Part shown: positions 32,675-47,165 of the stretch, one piece after another
How positions within the stretch are numbered: the stretch's first letter is position 1
Layout of the letters: every line of letters begins with the position of its first letter
Notes under the pieces: model-generated
Seen by the model: the letters and a program-made list of their open reading frames with translations, nothing else
What the model was told of the DNA's origin: nothing
Databases searched by the model: none
Assembly (NCBI GenBank): GCA_965153355.1
Contig: OZ231126.1
Location: 19,406,001 to 19,470,000, forward strand
Length of the DNA stretch: 64,000 nt
Origin: Flaccisagitta enflata
Lineage: Eukaryota
Direction of reading: 5' to 3'
Position numbers and translations under genes: made by a program

Positions 32675-33112
32675 CAGTACGATGGGAGCAATGAGGACCT
32701 CAGATGGAGGGTCATTTTCTGCCACACTATCTTAATGAAGTAGGTCGAACTATGGTTTTTCTGAAAGCTGATGGGCAAGAGCTTTGAGTGAATATAGTTT
32801 CATACCTCTAGCTGTAACTGTTGACCAAAAAGAAAAAAAGTGTAACACCCCTCTGGGATTGAACCTGTGACTCTGAAGAGAAGAAGTTCCTTCTCTCAAG
32901 TTCAGGACTTTACCATAAGAGCTATCGCGTCACATGCAATATTTAGGAATCAATTGTCAGTTTTATTTTGAATCACTTGGTGTGGAATTTTGTATTCACT
33001 CAATACCTTGGACCATCTGCTTTCTGAAAAACTAAAGCTTTAAGTTCTTCCTTCAAACATAAAAATTATAGAAGGCCCTCTTTGTACTGCCCTTATTGCT
33101 TCCACCGTACTG
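32675..33112. mobile_element. Tc1/mariner-type MITE (438 bp) in the satellite
   Basis: Imperfect TIRs CAGTACGATGGGAGCAATGAGG and CCTTATTGCTTCCACCGTACTG. The TA of the satellite motif GCTAGCAGC is duplicated on both sides (32673-74, 33113-14). Confidence 0.88.
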
Positions 33113-34075
33113 TAGCAGCAATGGAAAAAAGTCAATAACAGACTGATGTGACAAAAGGGAGGGCGGGATGGGCAGGGGAGTGCTGACAGCAACAAAATTA
33201 GAATCAACCTTCATTCATGAGAGGGAGTGCGGGAAGTAAAAAGGAGTGCTAGCAGCAATGGAAAAAAGTTGATATAAGACTGATTTGACAAAAGGGAGGG
33301 CGGGATTGACAGGGGAGTGCTGACAGCAACAAAATCAGGATCAACCTTCATTTATGAGGGGGAGTGTGGAAAGTAAAAGGGAGTGCTAGCAGCAATGGAA
33401 AAAAGTCGGAGACCAGATTGATTTGACAAAAGGGAGTGGGCGGATTGGCAGGTGCTGACAGCAACAAAATCAGGATCAACCTTCATTCATGAGGGGGAGT
33501 GCGGGAAGTAAAAAGGGAGGCTAGCAGCAATGGAAAGTCGATATCAGACTGATCTTGACAAAAGGAGGGCGGGATTGGCAGGGAGTGCTGACAGCAACAG
33601 AATTAAATACAACCTTTATTCATAAGAGGGAGAGTGGAAGTAAAAGGGAGTGCTAGCAGCAATGGGAAAAAGTCAATAACAGACTGATGTGACAAAAGGG
33701 AGGGCGTGATGGGCAGGGGAGTGCTGACAGCAACAAAATTAGAATCAACCTTCATTCATGAGAGGGAGAAGGGAAGGTGTGGAGTGCTAGCAGCAATGAA
33801 AAAGTGTCAATATCAGACTGATCTGACAAAAGGGAGGACGGGATTGGCAGGGGAGTGCTGACAGCAACAAGATCAGATACAACCCTTATTCATGAGAGGG
33901 AGTGCGGGAAGTAAAAGGGAGTGCTAGCAGCAATGTAAAAAAGTCATATCATACTGATCCGACAAAAGGGAGGGCGGGATTGGCAGGGGAGTGCTGACAG
34001 CAACAAAATTAGAATCAACCTTCATTCATGAGAGGGAGTACGGGAAGTAAAAGGAAGTGCTAGCAGCAATGGAAA

Positions 34076-35172
34076 CAGGTCGCCCAAGGGCAATATATGG
34101 TCAGCGATACCCGTTGCCCTGCTTTGAGTGATTGTGAATTGGAGTGAGGGGAAGCAGGGCATGTCCGAAGTGACGAAGTCCTGTAGAACACAGGGGGACT
34201 TTCATCTGTCCTTGCCTGAAGTGGATGAGATGCTACACAGGGGGCTGACTGAAGGCCTTCAAGAGTTTAAACTGAGGTCTAAGAAGGCTGATGCAAGGCC
34301 TGAGAATGCCAATTGGAAGCTTGGGAGGGCTGACTTGAGGCTCCAGAGCAAAAATTGAGGCTTAGATGGCTAATATGAGGCCTTTGAGAAAATTTTGAAT
34401 ACAGGCCAGAGAGGCCTAATTTGAGGTCGGAGAGGCCAGGCTTGAGGCCTGAGAGGCTGGATATGAGGCCTGAAAGGCTGGATTTGAGGCCTGAGAGGCT
34501 GGATTTGAGGCCTGAGATGCCATATTTGAGGCCTGAGAGGCCAGATTTGAGGCCTGAGGGGCCTAATGGGGGACGAACTAACTAACGAACGAACGAACGA
34601 AAGTCCCCTGTGTTCTACAGGACTTCGTCCCCTTCGGGGCCGCTGCCCAAAAAGTCGATATCAGACTTGTCTCAAACAAGTCATCCAAGGATTGCACATG
34701 GTCAGCGGTACCCGATGCCCTGCTTGGAGTGATTAGCTGAAGAAGTGGAGTGAGAGCAGGGCAGCGGCCCCAAAGGAAACTTGAGGTCTGAGAAGCTGGA
34801 TATAAGGCCCAAGATGCTGGATTAGAGGCCAAAGAGGCTGGATTTGAGGCCTGAGAGGCTGGATTTGAGGCCCAAGAGGCTGGATTTGAGGCCCGAGAGG
34901 CGGAATTTGAGGCCTGAGAGGCTGGATTTTGGGCCTGAGAGGCTGGATTTGAGGCCTGGGAGACTAGATTTGAGGCCTGAGAGGCTAGTTTGAGGCGCTC
35001 AGAGAGGCCAAATTTGAGCCTGAGAGTGGTGGGATTTGAGGCCTGAGAGGTTGGATTTGAGACCTAAGAGGCTTGATTTGAGACTTTGGGGGATTTGACG
35101 GACATACGTACGCATGGAAATTCACCCCTGTGTCCTACAGGACATCGGCCCTTTGGGGCCGCTGCCCAAAAA
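34076..35172 (-). mobile_element. Two HINE-like elements (GGGCAGCGGCCCC family, 21-bp internal repeats) inserted in A runs of the satellite
   Basis: Each ends GGGGCCGCTGCCCAAAA and begins AACARGTC...ATGGTCAGCG. Contains (GAGGCCTGAGAGGCTGGATTT)n. The satellite resumes in register with no TSD. Confidence 0.82.
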
Positions 35173-35532
35173 GGGAGGGCGGGATAAGCAGGGGAGTGCT
35201 GACAGCAACAAAATTAGGATCAACCTTCATTCATGAGAGGGAGCAAGGGAAGTAAAAGGGAGTGCTAAAAGCAATGGGAAAAAGTCAATAACAGACTTAT
35301 GTGACAAAAGGGAGGGTATGATGGCAGGGGAGTGCTGACAGCAACAAAATGCTAGAATCAACCTCTTCATGAGAGGGAGTGGGAAGTAAAAGGGAGTGCT
35401 AGCAGCAATGGAAAAAAGTTGATATTAGACTGATCTGACAAAAGGGAGGGCGGGATTGGCAGGGGAGTGCTGACAGCAACAAATCTCTTCTCTCTCTCTC
35501 TTCTTCCTTTTCTTCTCTCTCTCTCCTTCTCT

Positions 35533-35595
<63 letters not shown>

Positions 35596-35818
35596 TCGGA
35601 AAAAGAATAATTGACTCTTAATTTTTGCCGGCAAATTTTGGAGAAGCTGATGGAGGAGAAGGAGAAGGAGGAGGAGGAGGAAGAGGAGGAAGAGCTGATG
35701 GACAACCAAACACGCAATCAAAAATTCTTTTTAAGGCGACAAAATTTAATCTTAAATTTAAAAAAAAAAAGAATAATTCATTTACGATCAACTAACAATT
35801 CGAGAGAGAAAGAAAGTG

Positions 35819-35914
<96 letters not shown>

Positions 35915-36625
35915 TCAAATAATTCAAATGCAGCATATCAATGTGCCTTGATCTATATTATTTAGATCTTCAAAGCGAGTAGTTGATACTCTATCAACAC
36001 CATTTTATTGATCTCTTAACATTCTGATTTACAAAGAGGTGGCAATCTCTCTCTATGATATCGTTGGTGTTATTTGCACATAGATTGTAATATATCTCTT
36101 TTATCTTATAGGTCTCGTTTACAAAGAGGTGGCCATCTATCTCTGCTATCTAGAACACACAATCAGGTGGCAATCTCTATGAAATCATTGGTGTCATTTA
36201 CTGCCATTTTATAGATCTCATCTACAAACAGTTGGCAGTCTATATTTATGATGTCATCCGTGTCATTTGCACACTGATAAAATTCTATCATTGGCTTCAC
36301 TGCCATTTTGTAGTTTCCCTTTATAGCTAAACAGTTGACATTCTCTCTCTCTCTATGATGTCATCGGTCTTATTCTCAATCAGCGGGAATTCTATCTCAG
36401 TCATTTTCGCTTCAATGCCACGCAGTTCTCTACCACTGAGTGCCTCCTCTTTTTACTTTCCCTTCCATTTAGTGTGTCCTTGGTTTATAATCCCCCTGGT
36501 CTCTCTGTCTGTCCTTGTCTCTTTCTCTCTCTCTCTCCCTCTCTCTGTACAGAGATCTGTCTCTCTTTGGCTCTCTGTCTGTCTGTCTGTCTGTCTATCT
36601 GTCTATGTGTATGTGTGTGTGTGTC

Positions 36626-36773
<148 letters not shown>

Positions 36774-37009
36774 TTTTACTGCCCGGGCATTTCAAGAGTC
36801 AACCTTTCAACCTTTGATCGCTTACTCTATCTCATCTCTCTTTCCTCTTCCTCCTCCTCCTCCTCTTCCTCTTCCTCTTCCTCTTCCTCTTCTCGCCTAT
36901 TCATCCCTCCTCATCCTTTTTTTTATCCTCTTTCTTTTTCTTTCCTTTTTTTCGCGCCATTTTCCCAACGACTCAGGCTTGAGAAATGTTCCAACACGAT
37001 CAACAGACA

Positions 37010-37615
37010 AACTCGGCGTTACTCCAAGCCGTTACTCCGAGTCACCCATCCGAGCTCTCTTCTAGCATGTTTTAAAGCGATGAACCCAGCGGTTACTCTG
37101 ATATTAGCCGTTACTCCAAGTCACCTATCCAAGCTCTCTTCTAGCATGTTTTAAAGCGATGAACCTCGTCGTTACTCTGATATGAGCCGATACTTCAAGT
37201 CACCCATCCGAGCTCTCTTCTAGTACGTTTTAAAGTGATGAGCCCAGTTGTTACTCTGATATCAGCCGGCACTCCAAGGCACCTATCCAAGCTCTCTTCT
37301 AGCATGTTTTAAAGCGATGAACCCTGTCGTTACTTTGATATGAGCCAATACTTCAAGTCACCCATCCAAGCTCTCTTTCAGTATGTTTTAAAGCAATGAG
37401 CCCAGTCGTTACTCTGATATGAGTCGATACTCCAAGTCACCCATCCAAGCTCTCTTTCAGTATGTTTTAAAGCGATGAGCCCAGCTGTTGCTCTTATATG
37501 AGCCGATACTCCAAGTCACCCATCGGAGCTCTTTTCTAGTATGTTTTAAAGCGATGAGCCCAGTTGTTACTCTGATATGAGCCGTCACTCCAAGTCACCC
37601 ATCCAAAGTCTCTCT
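37010..37615. repeat. 79-bp minisatellite, about 7.5 copies
   Basis: AAGTCACCCATCCAAGCTCTCTTCTAGYATGTTTTAAAGCGATGAGCCCAGYTGTTACTCTGATATGAGCCGATACTCC repeats. Confidence 0.93.
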
Positions 37616-38037
37616 TGGGATGCCCTTCCCTTTTCAGGCAATGATCCTGGCCTCGAATCCAATAATTTTATCGGTTCTCTCTTATATGCTCCTTCTTCGC
37701 TTCCCTTAAATTTTGGCAAACTGACATGCATACGCATGACTGTTATCAGATATTGCTTTTAAATGAACGCCAATGGCGGAGGGGGGGGGGGTTGAGGGGA
37801 TGTATGCCAGGGTTCCTAATTAATTGAGTCTCTAAGTTTAACTCGAAAATGTACATGCAGTCTACGTCTCTTAATGTATATGGAGTCTAGGTCTCATTAT
37901 GCAGTCCTTACACACAGTTTGTCAATTAGTAGTGGTCTCATCGTCTTAGGGTATGAGTCTAAATCATGAATCTAAATCTAAAACGCAGGCTTTTGTTTTG
38001 GTGCACATTTGTAATTTCATGTATCTACATGAGTACA

Positions 38038-38619
38038 AAACAAGGCCGGATACACGGCTACCGAAGTCGCGTGCGGGTGGGCAGGGGCCATATTTGAGGT
38101 CACCATATCATCTAGGAAGAAGCAGTGAGGTCGAAAAAATAAAATCATAAAAAAAGTAAAGTGTGACCGACCGACCAACCAACCAACCGACCAACCGACG
38201 TGGTTAGAGCCTTTTGGGGTGGTTTTTGGGTGGTTAGGGGCTGGGTAGGATATTTTTCTTTGGCTTAGGGGGTTCTGGCTCATAGTGAAGGTGGTTAAAG
38301 CCTTTTGGGGTGGTTTTTGGGTGGTTAGGGGCTGGGTAGGATATTTTTCTTTGGCTTAGGGGGTTCTGGCTCATAGTGAAGGTGGTTAGAGCCTTTTGGG
38401 GTGGTTTTTGGGTGGTTAGGGGCTGGGTAGGATATTTTTCTTTGGCTTAGGGGGTTCTGGCTCATAGTGAAGGTGGTTAGAGCCTTTATGGGTGGTTTTT
38501 GGGTGGTTAGGGGCTGGGTAGGATATTTTTCTTTGGCTTAGGGGGTTCTGGCTCATAGTGCCGACCGACCGACCGACCGACAAAGCGGGGTGTAGAGTCG
38601 CGTAGCACGCGACTAAAAA
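38038..38619 (-). mobile_element. HINE-like element (AGTCGCGTG family) containing four 91-bp G-rich tandem repeats (38201-38560)
   Basis: AACAAGGCCGGATACACGGC..AGTCGCGTGC at the left and GAGTCGCGTAGCACGCGACTAAAAA at the right. Near-identical empty-type copy at 19974-20170. Confidence 0.85.
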
Positions 38620-39554
38620 GCAGAACTTGAACTCGAATCCGAGAGATTACCGAGTCATAGAGAGCCGATTGGGAAATTAGGTAGTTGGGTTGAACGCCCC
38701 TGCCCACCCGTCCTCGACGAAATTGCAACCCCGCGTTACTTGTTAACTGAATGATCTGTGAAGTTATTCATCTTCCCATTTCTTTCACTTACGACCAATT
38801 CACAAGTTTGTGTTCATTTTTTCCTTCTTTTTCCCCATCCAGTAAGAACGCGTTAGTTTATCAGTTTGGTCGTTTTTCTCTCCTTTTGACCAAAGTCATA
38901 AATCGTAGTCTAATTTTTCGCCCATCGAGTTTTGGAAGCGAAAGAAGAAGGGAAAAAAAATTTGCGCGTTCATTCAGTAATTTTCTCATTTCATATCTCA
39001 TATGTTTCCACCCTTTTTGCCTCCATTTCACATTTCACATTATATGATTGCGTGCTGAGAAGAATCTTAGGATGTAGAATCCATTATGAAGGTTTGCGTT
39101 CGTCGGGTTTTCCGCCTTCCGTTCTTTCTTTTCATCCATCTGTGTTTATATTTGTCCATCCATCTATCCATCCATCCATCCATCCATCCATGCGTCCATT
39201 CATCCATGCGTCCATCCATCCACGCGTCCATCCATCCATCCGTCCTTCCATCCATCCATCTCTCTGTCCTTCCGTGTGTCATTCGACACTTCCGCCATCT
39301 GATCGCTTGTCGTTGGAAACCTTCAAAATGCAATTATGGAATAAAAATTTCCATATTTTTGAAAATATTTTTTTGAGAGGAAAAGTGATGAGAGGCAAAA
39401 TCCATGACAAATTGCGTCCCTTCAAATCATTTATCATCATCGTTTTTTTTTCTTCTTTTGCCAACACCGATTATGGGCAGTTGAGGGCGTGAATAGGCGG
39501 CGTTTGGAGGCAGTATCAGGCAGTATGAGGCAGTCATAGACAGTAGCCTAACAA

Positions 39555-39866
39555 CAAGAAATGCGATGTCATAGAAAAGTTCTCTATCAGAGGGATATGG
39601 CCCAAAATCATGTTTACAGATGTTCTATGAAAAAAATCTATACCTGGAACCCCTATAAATTGGCGCCGCCACCCACCCCCTTTCCAATGATAAAACACAG
39701 GCAAAAATCCTTCCTATACATTTTCAATGAGAAATGAGGGGGGTGGCGGCGGTAATTTCCAGAGGTCCCATGACCAAATTTTTGTTGTGGTTTATCTTTG
39801 TACATGATTTTGAGTCATATCCCTCTGATAGAGAACTTTCTTATGACTTCTCATGAACTCTTGTTA
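39555..39866. mobile_element. Foldback MITE (~310 bp)
   Basis: AAAGTTCTCTATCAGAGGGATATG and CATATCCCTCTGATAGAGAACTTT. Inner CGCCGCCACCC and GGGTGGCGGCG. Confidence 0.8.
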
Positions 39867-40231
39867 TGCTAATAGACAGTCATACACAGTCGGCAGCAAT
39901 CAGCGATAGTTGGTAGGAATTGGCTGCAAAAGGCAGTAAGTGTTAAAAGGCGATAATAGCCAGCGATCAGCGGCGGTCGAGGGCAGTCAAGGGCAGTCCA
40001 GGGCAGTTGGCGGCAGTTGTTGGCACTTGGTAACTATTGGCTGCAGTCGGCAATTTGGAGAAAATAGCGACGTTCGGCCACAAATAGACAACTGGCAGGA
40101 ATGATTGGTAATCAGCGGTAATCAACAGTCGGTTCCAGCAGATGGTGATTGGAGGCATTCGGCGGCATTCGGCAACCAGTCAGCACCATTTGGCACTCGA
40201 CTCCAAGATTCCTTTCTAAATATGTGCCTAA

Positions 40232-41362
<1,131 letters not shown>

Positions 41363-41934
41363 AAACAAAGAAAGTGTAGTGGAAGGAAACGGAAAAGTAG
41401 ACACTAGAGTCTAGAGGACAAGGGTTAGGACTGGAGTTGTTGGGGTTGGGGATTGCGGATCAGAGTGGGATGGTGAATGCGAATATGAGGGGTGCTAGGT
41501 GTGGGGGGGGGGGGTTGGGGAACAGGGTATTTGAGAGGGATGGGGTGGAGACTGCCATTATATGGGGTGCTAGGTGTGGGGGTAGGAGGCAGGGGATCAG
41601 ATAGGTGGGAAAATGCGAACGTGAGGGGTACTAGTTGTTGGGGTGGGGGGCAGGGGATCGAAGGGGGGAGGGGTAGTGGTGGAGAATGACAATATGAGGG
41701 GTGCTAGGTGTGGTGGTGGGGGGACAGGGGATCGTTGGGGAAGGAGAAGATGAAAGATAACGGGGACAAATGGTAATATGATAAAAGTCGGCGTTTTAGC
41801 ATCTCTTTTCCATTTTTCCCATTTCTTTTTTATTTCAAGGACGACGCCTGTTAGTGGCGTCGAATTAACCATTACTTGGGGCATCAGATCTTTTGCTGTC
41901 GCCACTGAATACAACAGTGATTGCGCTTGAGTTT

Positions 41935-42095
<161 letters not shown>

Positions 42096-42733
42096 GTGTG
42101 TTTGAGTGTGTTTGTGTGTATTTGCTTTCTTCAGTAACAGGCTAACATATTCATTTAAAATGTTTTTAAAAACTAATATTCACTGATGTAATCTGATAAA
42201 ACCTAAAATGTTATCGATGATTCATTGTTGTACCTACTATTTTTGCATGTGTCTTGAAAAAGAAGATGAGGACCATTTCAGATAAGCATCTTAAATCTGC
42301 GAAATTCATAAAGGACATAAATGTGCTGAATGAGTTACAGCGATAAATATCATGAGTGTCAATGGAAACAAGAAAAGTTACTTACCATCAACCTTTCTCC
42401 CCCCCCCCTCCCTTCATTTGGTAAAAAAGAACGCTAGTTTTTTTTCTTCATTTCATCATCCTTTACGGTTATTTTTATTCGTTTCTCAACTGCGATAAGA
42501 TAATGGAAGCCTTTTCCAATTCTTGTCGCCAAGAAGAGGGGGAAGGAGGGGGGGGGGAGTCAGGGGTTTTGGAGTTTGGGATGGTTTCTTTTGTAATGAA
42601 AAACGACTTTGCTCGCACTTCATCTGTCTGCAAGGGGAAAAATGGCGAAAAATTAATAAAAAAGTAATAAGGAAAAAATGATTGGGAGAGGGACAGAAAG
42701 AGAGAGTGAGAGAGAGGGACAGAAAGAGAGAGT

Positions 42734-42940
<207 letters not shown>

Positions 42941-43378
42941 TACTCATAGTCAGATAGACACAGACAGACACACTGAAAGATCGACAGACACAGGCAAAGA
43001 GAAAAGTCGAGAGAGAGAGAGCTAGAGCCTTTTAGAACGTGATGGATTAGAACGAACTCGCTTTTGCTTAGTGCAGAGACATAGAGACAGAGACAGAGAC
43101 ATAGAGATCATTAAAGAGACATAGAGATCATTACAATAAAACGAGAAGATAAGAAAAAAGAGAAAAATCGAAAAGAAAACGAATTGGAAATGGGTAATCA
43201 GTAGCCACTAGTTCAGTTACGTATTGCTCATCACGTTAGCCTACTTGGCATGTTTCTTTCTTTTCTTTCTTTCTTTCTTTCTTTCTTTCTTTGCTTTCTT
43301 TTTCTTTCTTTCTTTCTTTCTTTTCTTTTTTCTTTCTTTCAATCTTTCTTTCTTTCTTTCAATCTTTTTTTCTTTCTC

Positions 43379-43461
<83 letters not shown>

Positions 43462-44039
43462 ATCTTTCTATCTTTCTTTCCTAATTCCTTTCAAATTTCA
43501 ATGGATCTTGCTGACTTTAATTTCTTTCCTCTTTCGCACTTTTTCTTACATTTTCTATCTTTTTCCGCTTCTTATGTCATCCCCCCCCCCTCCACCTCAT
43601 TTACCTCATCTTTTCATTCCCGAAAATGCAAAAGGCGTATTTTTGTGACAATCTATCGGATTTCGTTAAGTTCATGCATGTACACATTCACATGAATAGA
43701 CCTATTGGTGACATTGGTGTACTGACCGACATGAAGACCCTCTAAAAAAGACGAAAATGAACTCGACAAGTTCTTCACTTATCCATCGTTAAGCACTTCC
43801 TTTCATTATTCAAGATGAGTGAAAAATGAAAATCCTTGATTCCAGGTAAGCACAGCAACCACTCAATTGCTCATTTTCTATGTCCAGGTTTCAGGCCTCA
43901 GAGTTTGCGCAAAGTTTTGTCTAACAATTGATAAAGGCTATATTTAGAGAGAAAACGATATGCTGACTTTTCCACCAACACCCGCCCCCGTCGCTGTGCT
44001 CTAATCACCCCTCCCCAGCACTGAGAAACAGAGAGTCTC

Positions 44040-44084
<45 letters not shown>

Positions 44085-44103
44085 ATATTATATATATATC
44101 TAA

Positions 44104-44150
<47 letters not shown>

Positions 44151-44280
44151 CGCCTCTTTAAAAAGTCAGCTCATCCATATCGGTTGGGTTTTGGGTGGAC
44201 AAATCAAACTCCTTCTCTTAAGGCTGTCAGACCAAATCAGTCAACAAGGAGAGAGATGGGATATCTCTTCAAAAGAGAGT

Positions 44281-44328
<48 letters not shown>

Positions 44329-45536
44329 AACAGTTACACACACAGTAAAAGAATTATCGATTGATTGACTGATTGACTGATTGATTGATTGATTCGTTGA
44401 TTAGTTATTTAATTGATTAATTGATTGATTGATGAGTTGGTCTATTAGGGTTTTTAAATGATCGATTTGTTGACTTATTGATAGTTGATCTATTGGTTTT
44501 TGATGAATTGATTTATTGATTGGTAAGTGGATTGGTTGAGTGATTGATTTATTGAACAAAGGAAAGAAACAAAGTGAGAAGGAAATTAAGACAAAACAAA
44601 CAAAAACAAAAACAAAAAAGGGAGAAGCAAAAGAAGAGGGCAAAAGCTAAAGAATCACGGAAGGGAAAGAAAGAAAGCCACACAAGAAGGTCAATGCTAA
44701 ACCATGTGGAAAACAAGTTTCCTGTTTTAGCTTTTATGTTCTTGTCTCTCTTGATTGATCATTGCCTCTCGCTGTCTCAGTGTCTCACCACCGCATTAAC
44801 TCTTATCTCGGTCTCTGTCTCTGCGTCTTACAGTCTCATATGAAAACTACCTTCATTAAGACGAGGTGGGAGGGTGCATCTTTAGCGGAACATGCCAAAT
44901 GCAGCACATTCAGCACCAGAAAATTGTAATTCCCAGTAGCGACACTGTTCCGAATTCTCAATAACGCAACGCTCCCTCATTGTTTTTGATCAGTATTTTG
45001 GATTTTGGCGGTCGAATAAGTATTCTATGCACACTTTGTTCTTGAGTATTTAACACTGTAACGGGGAGTTAAGACTAAGACACTCAACCATTTGGAAAAC
45101 CATAAAACTCTACATATCGAAACATTACGAGGTACCTTCGTCTCCCTGTCTTTTTATTCGCAGACTCCAGAAGTTTTTGTACTCTTACCATCGGTATATC
45201 TAACAATCGACGATCTATCTTTACAGATGTCTGTCCGTTGTATTTTGTATATCTTTCTATTTTTCTAAATTTGAGTATCTTTTTGTGGTTCATAGTAAAT
45301 ACGCTCACGTAATGGATCACGTAGATCTGACGACCAAGTCACAACACAATGTTAGTACTTGAATTCAAGGCACTGATATGAGGTGAGTCCATAAAAGCGT
45401 CTATTCTCAAAATCAATATCAAACAATATGAGAATGGACGAGGCTGAAATAAAGAATATTAACGATTTAATTCTTTTATGAAAAATAAAATTTCTTAACA
45501 TTTTCATGTAGTTTTAAAGCATGGAAAATTTGTTCA

Positions 45537-46255
45537 TTAACCGGCAATGGCTCCAATTCCAGCGCCGGTAAGAGCACCCCCGGCACCGCCGAGCGCGCCC
45601 CCACCGACGGCGCCCACGCCGGCGCCACCTACACCTCCAGCGGCACCTCCGGCCATGGCACCGATCGCGGCGCCAATGGGACCCGCCGCGGCTGCACCGG
45701 CCAAACCACCCGCCAAGGCACCGCCAGCCGCGCCTAAAGCGCCTCCGACCCCTGTTCCACCCACGACACCTGTGCCGAGGCCAACTCCGCCGCCGATCAG
45801 GCCGCCGGTGGCGACGTCATCCGGGTTGACACTTTGGACCAGGGCGTTGCCGAACATGGCGGCATTTTGACCCGCGGTCAAGACGTCGTTGACGCCCTCA
45901 TTGGCGAGCGCAACGCCCGCTTTACCCAAGTCGAGACCCGCACCGACGACGCCGTTGACGCCGGCGGCCGCCACATCGGCGCCCGTCTTGAGGACGTCAT
46001 TGGCGCCGTTGATACCGATTTGCGCTAAATCGGCGCCGGCGTTCAACCCGGCGTCGACCAAATGGGTGCCGACATTGGCCAGTTGGGCGCCGGCGTTCAA
46101 GCCAGCCCCGACGACGTCGGTGCCAGCTTCCGCCACATCTTTGATGGTGTTTACGGCGGCGTTGGCGCCGGCCGCGGCCACATCGGCGCCAGTTTTGAGA
46201 AGGGCACCGGCGTCATTGACGCCGGTTTGGACTAATTTGGCACCGGCATTTAAGC
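45537..46255 (-). CDS. 3' part of exon 3 of glycine-zipper protein B (354-aa precursor once the insertion and one TSD copy are removed)
   Basis: Removing 46261-50213 and one CGGCG gives in-frame ADVANA-GLNAGAKLVQTGVNDAG... Continues to VQSVNPDDVATGGLIGGGVGLG (aligns with VQNIDPDEVIQGALIGGAVGLG in paralogue A) and a GxxxG zipper. TAA at 45539-45537. Confidence 0.88.
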
Positions 46256-46966
46256 CGGCGCACAGTCGTTCATTTATAATATTTCTGAAATCAGTGGTGG
46301 GTTATTTTTGGAATTTTTTTTATGGCATGATATGACTAAACGTGTCATGCTGTTTCATTCTGTACTAATTTCATTCTTGAACTCGTCCCCGCTGAAAGAG
46401 AAAATGATTTTTAGTATTCGCTTTTCACCCAATGCAGAAGTTTGTTTTCATGCCCTTCACGGCAGTGTTCCAAGAAAAGTTTCATGCATGGTACCAAATG
46501 AAAGGTAATGACATGGTTTATCACCTGAGAAGGGCTCAAGCTTGAGTAGCTACGCAATCCCACAAAAATGCAACAAATATCGCTCTTTTATGTTTATATA
46601 TCTCTCAATGGAAATGGTAAAATTTGGTAAAAGTTTTGGCCTGTTCCTATGCTTCGGTATATTGGTGGGAGTTGCCTAGTAAAATCATTTTTGCTCGCAA
46701 CTCAACGCGTTTTGAAAAAAATGAAAACGAAAAACATCAGTTCCTGTTTTTGGCGGGAAAATGACTGGAGACCTAAACATCTTTTCTTGACTCAAGTCAT
46801 TCGATGCTTATGTTTGTTATCACGTTACCATGGTCACGCCATTCAGAAAATCGTTTTAGTGCTGATTTGTGCATTATGTGTAGTGGATCTATGGCAGTTT
46901 TCATTATGTAACGTTTTAACTGTGCACGCCGAAGAGATTTTGATCGCTGTTGATGCAGGGAAGAAA

Positions 46967-47089
<123 letters not shown>

Positions 47090-47091
47090 CG

Positions 47092-47129
<38 letters not shown>

Positions 47130-47133
47130 AACG

Positions 47134-47165
<32 letters not shown>

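Larger units (their letters stand above)
29950..35482. repeat. About 137-bp satellite (dimer of ~68-bp subunits); forward to 32520, inverted from 32521; interrupted by a MITE and two HINE-like elements
   Basis: GCACTCCC/GCCCTCCC motif pairs recur, with unit starts at 30115, 30251 and 30388. After 32521 the same unit reads GGGAGTGCTAGCAGCAATGG. Confidence 0.95.

Noticed and set aside
43980-44345. Irregular CT/GA region with apparent inverted symmetry
   Set aside because: Opposed microsatellites in noisy-looking sequence; no defined termini.
44840-45330. Complex-looking sequence with a 78-aa minus-strand ORF
   Set aside because: No recognisable motif or consistent exon structure. May be a decayed coding relic but cannot be supported.
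45547-46335. Plus-strand Pro/Ala-rich ORFs (also the Asp-rich ORF at 28246-28638)
   Set aside because: Antisense shadows of the minus-strand Gly-rich and Ser-rich coding regions.
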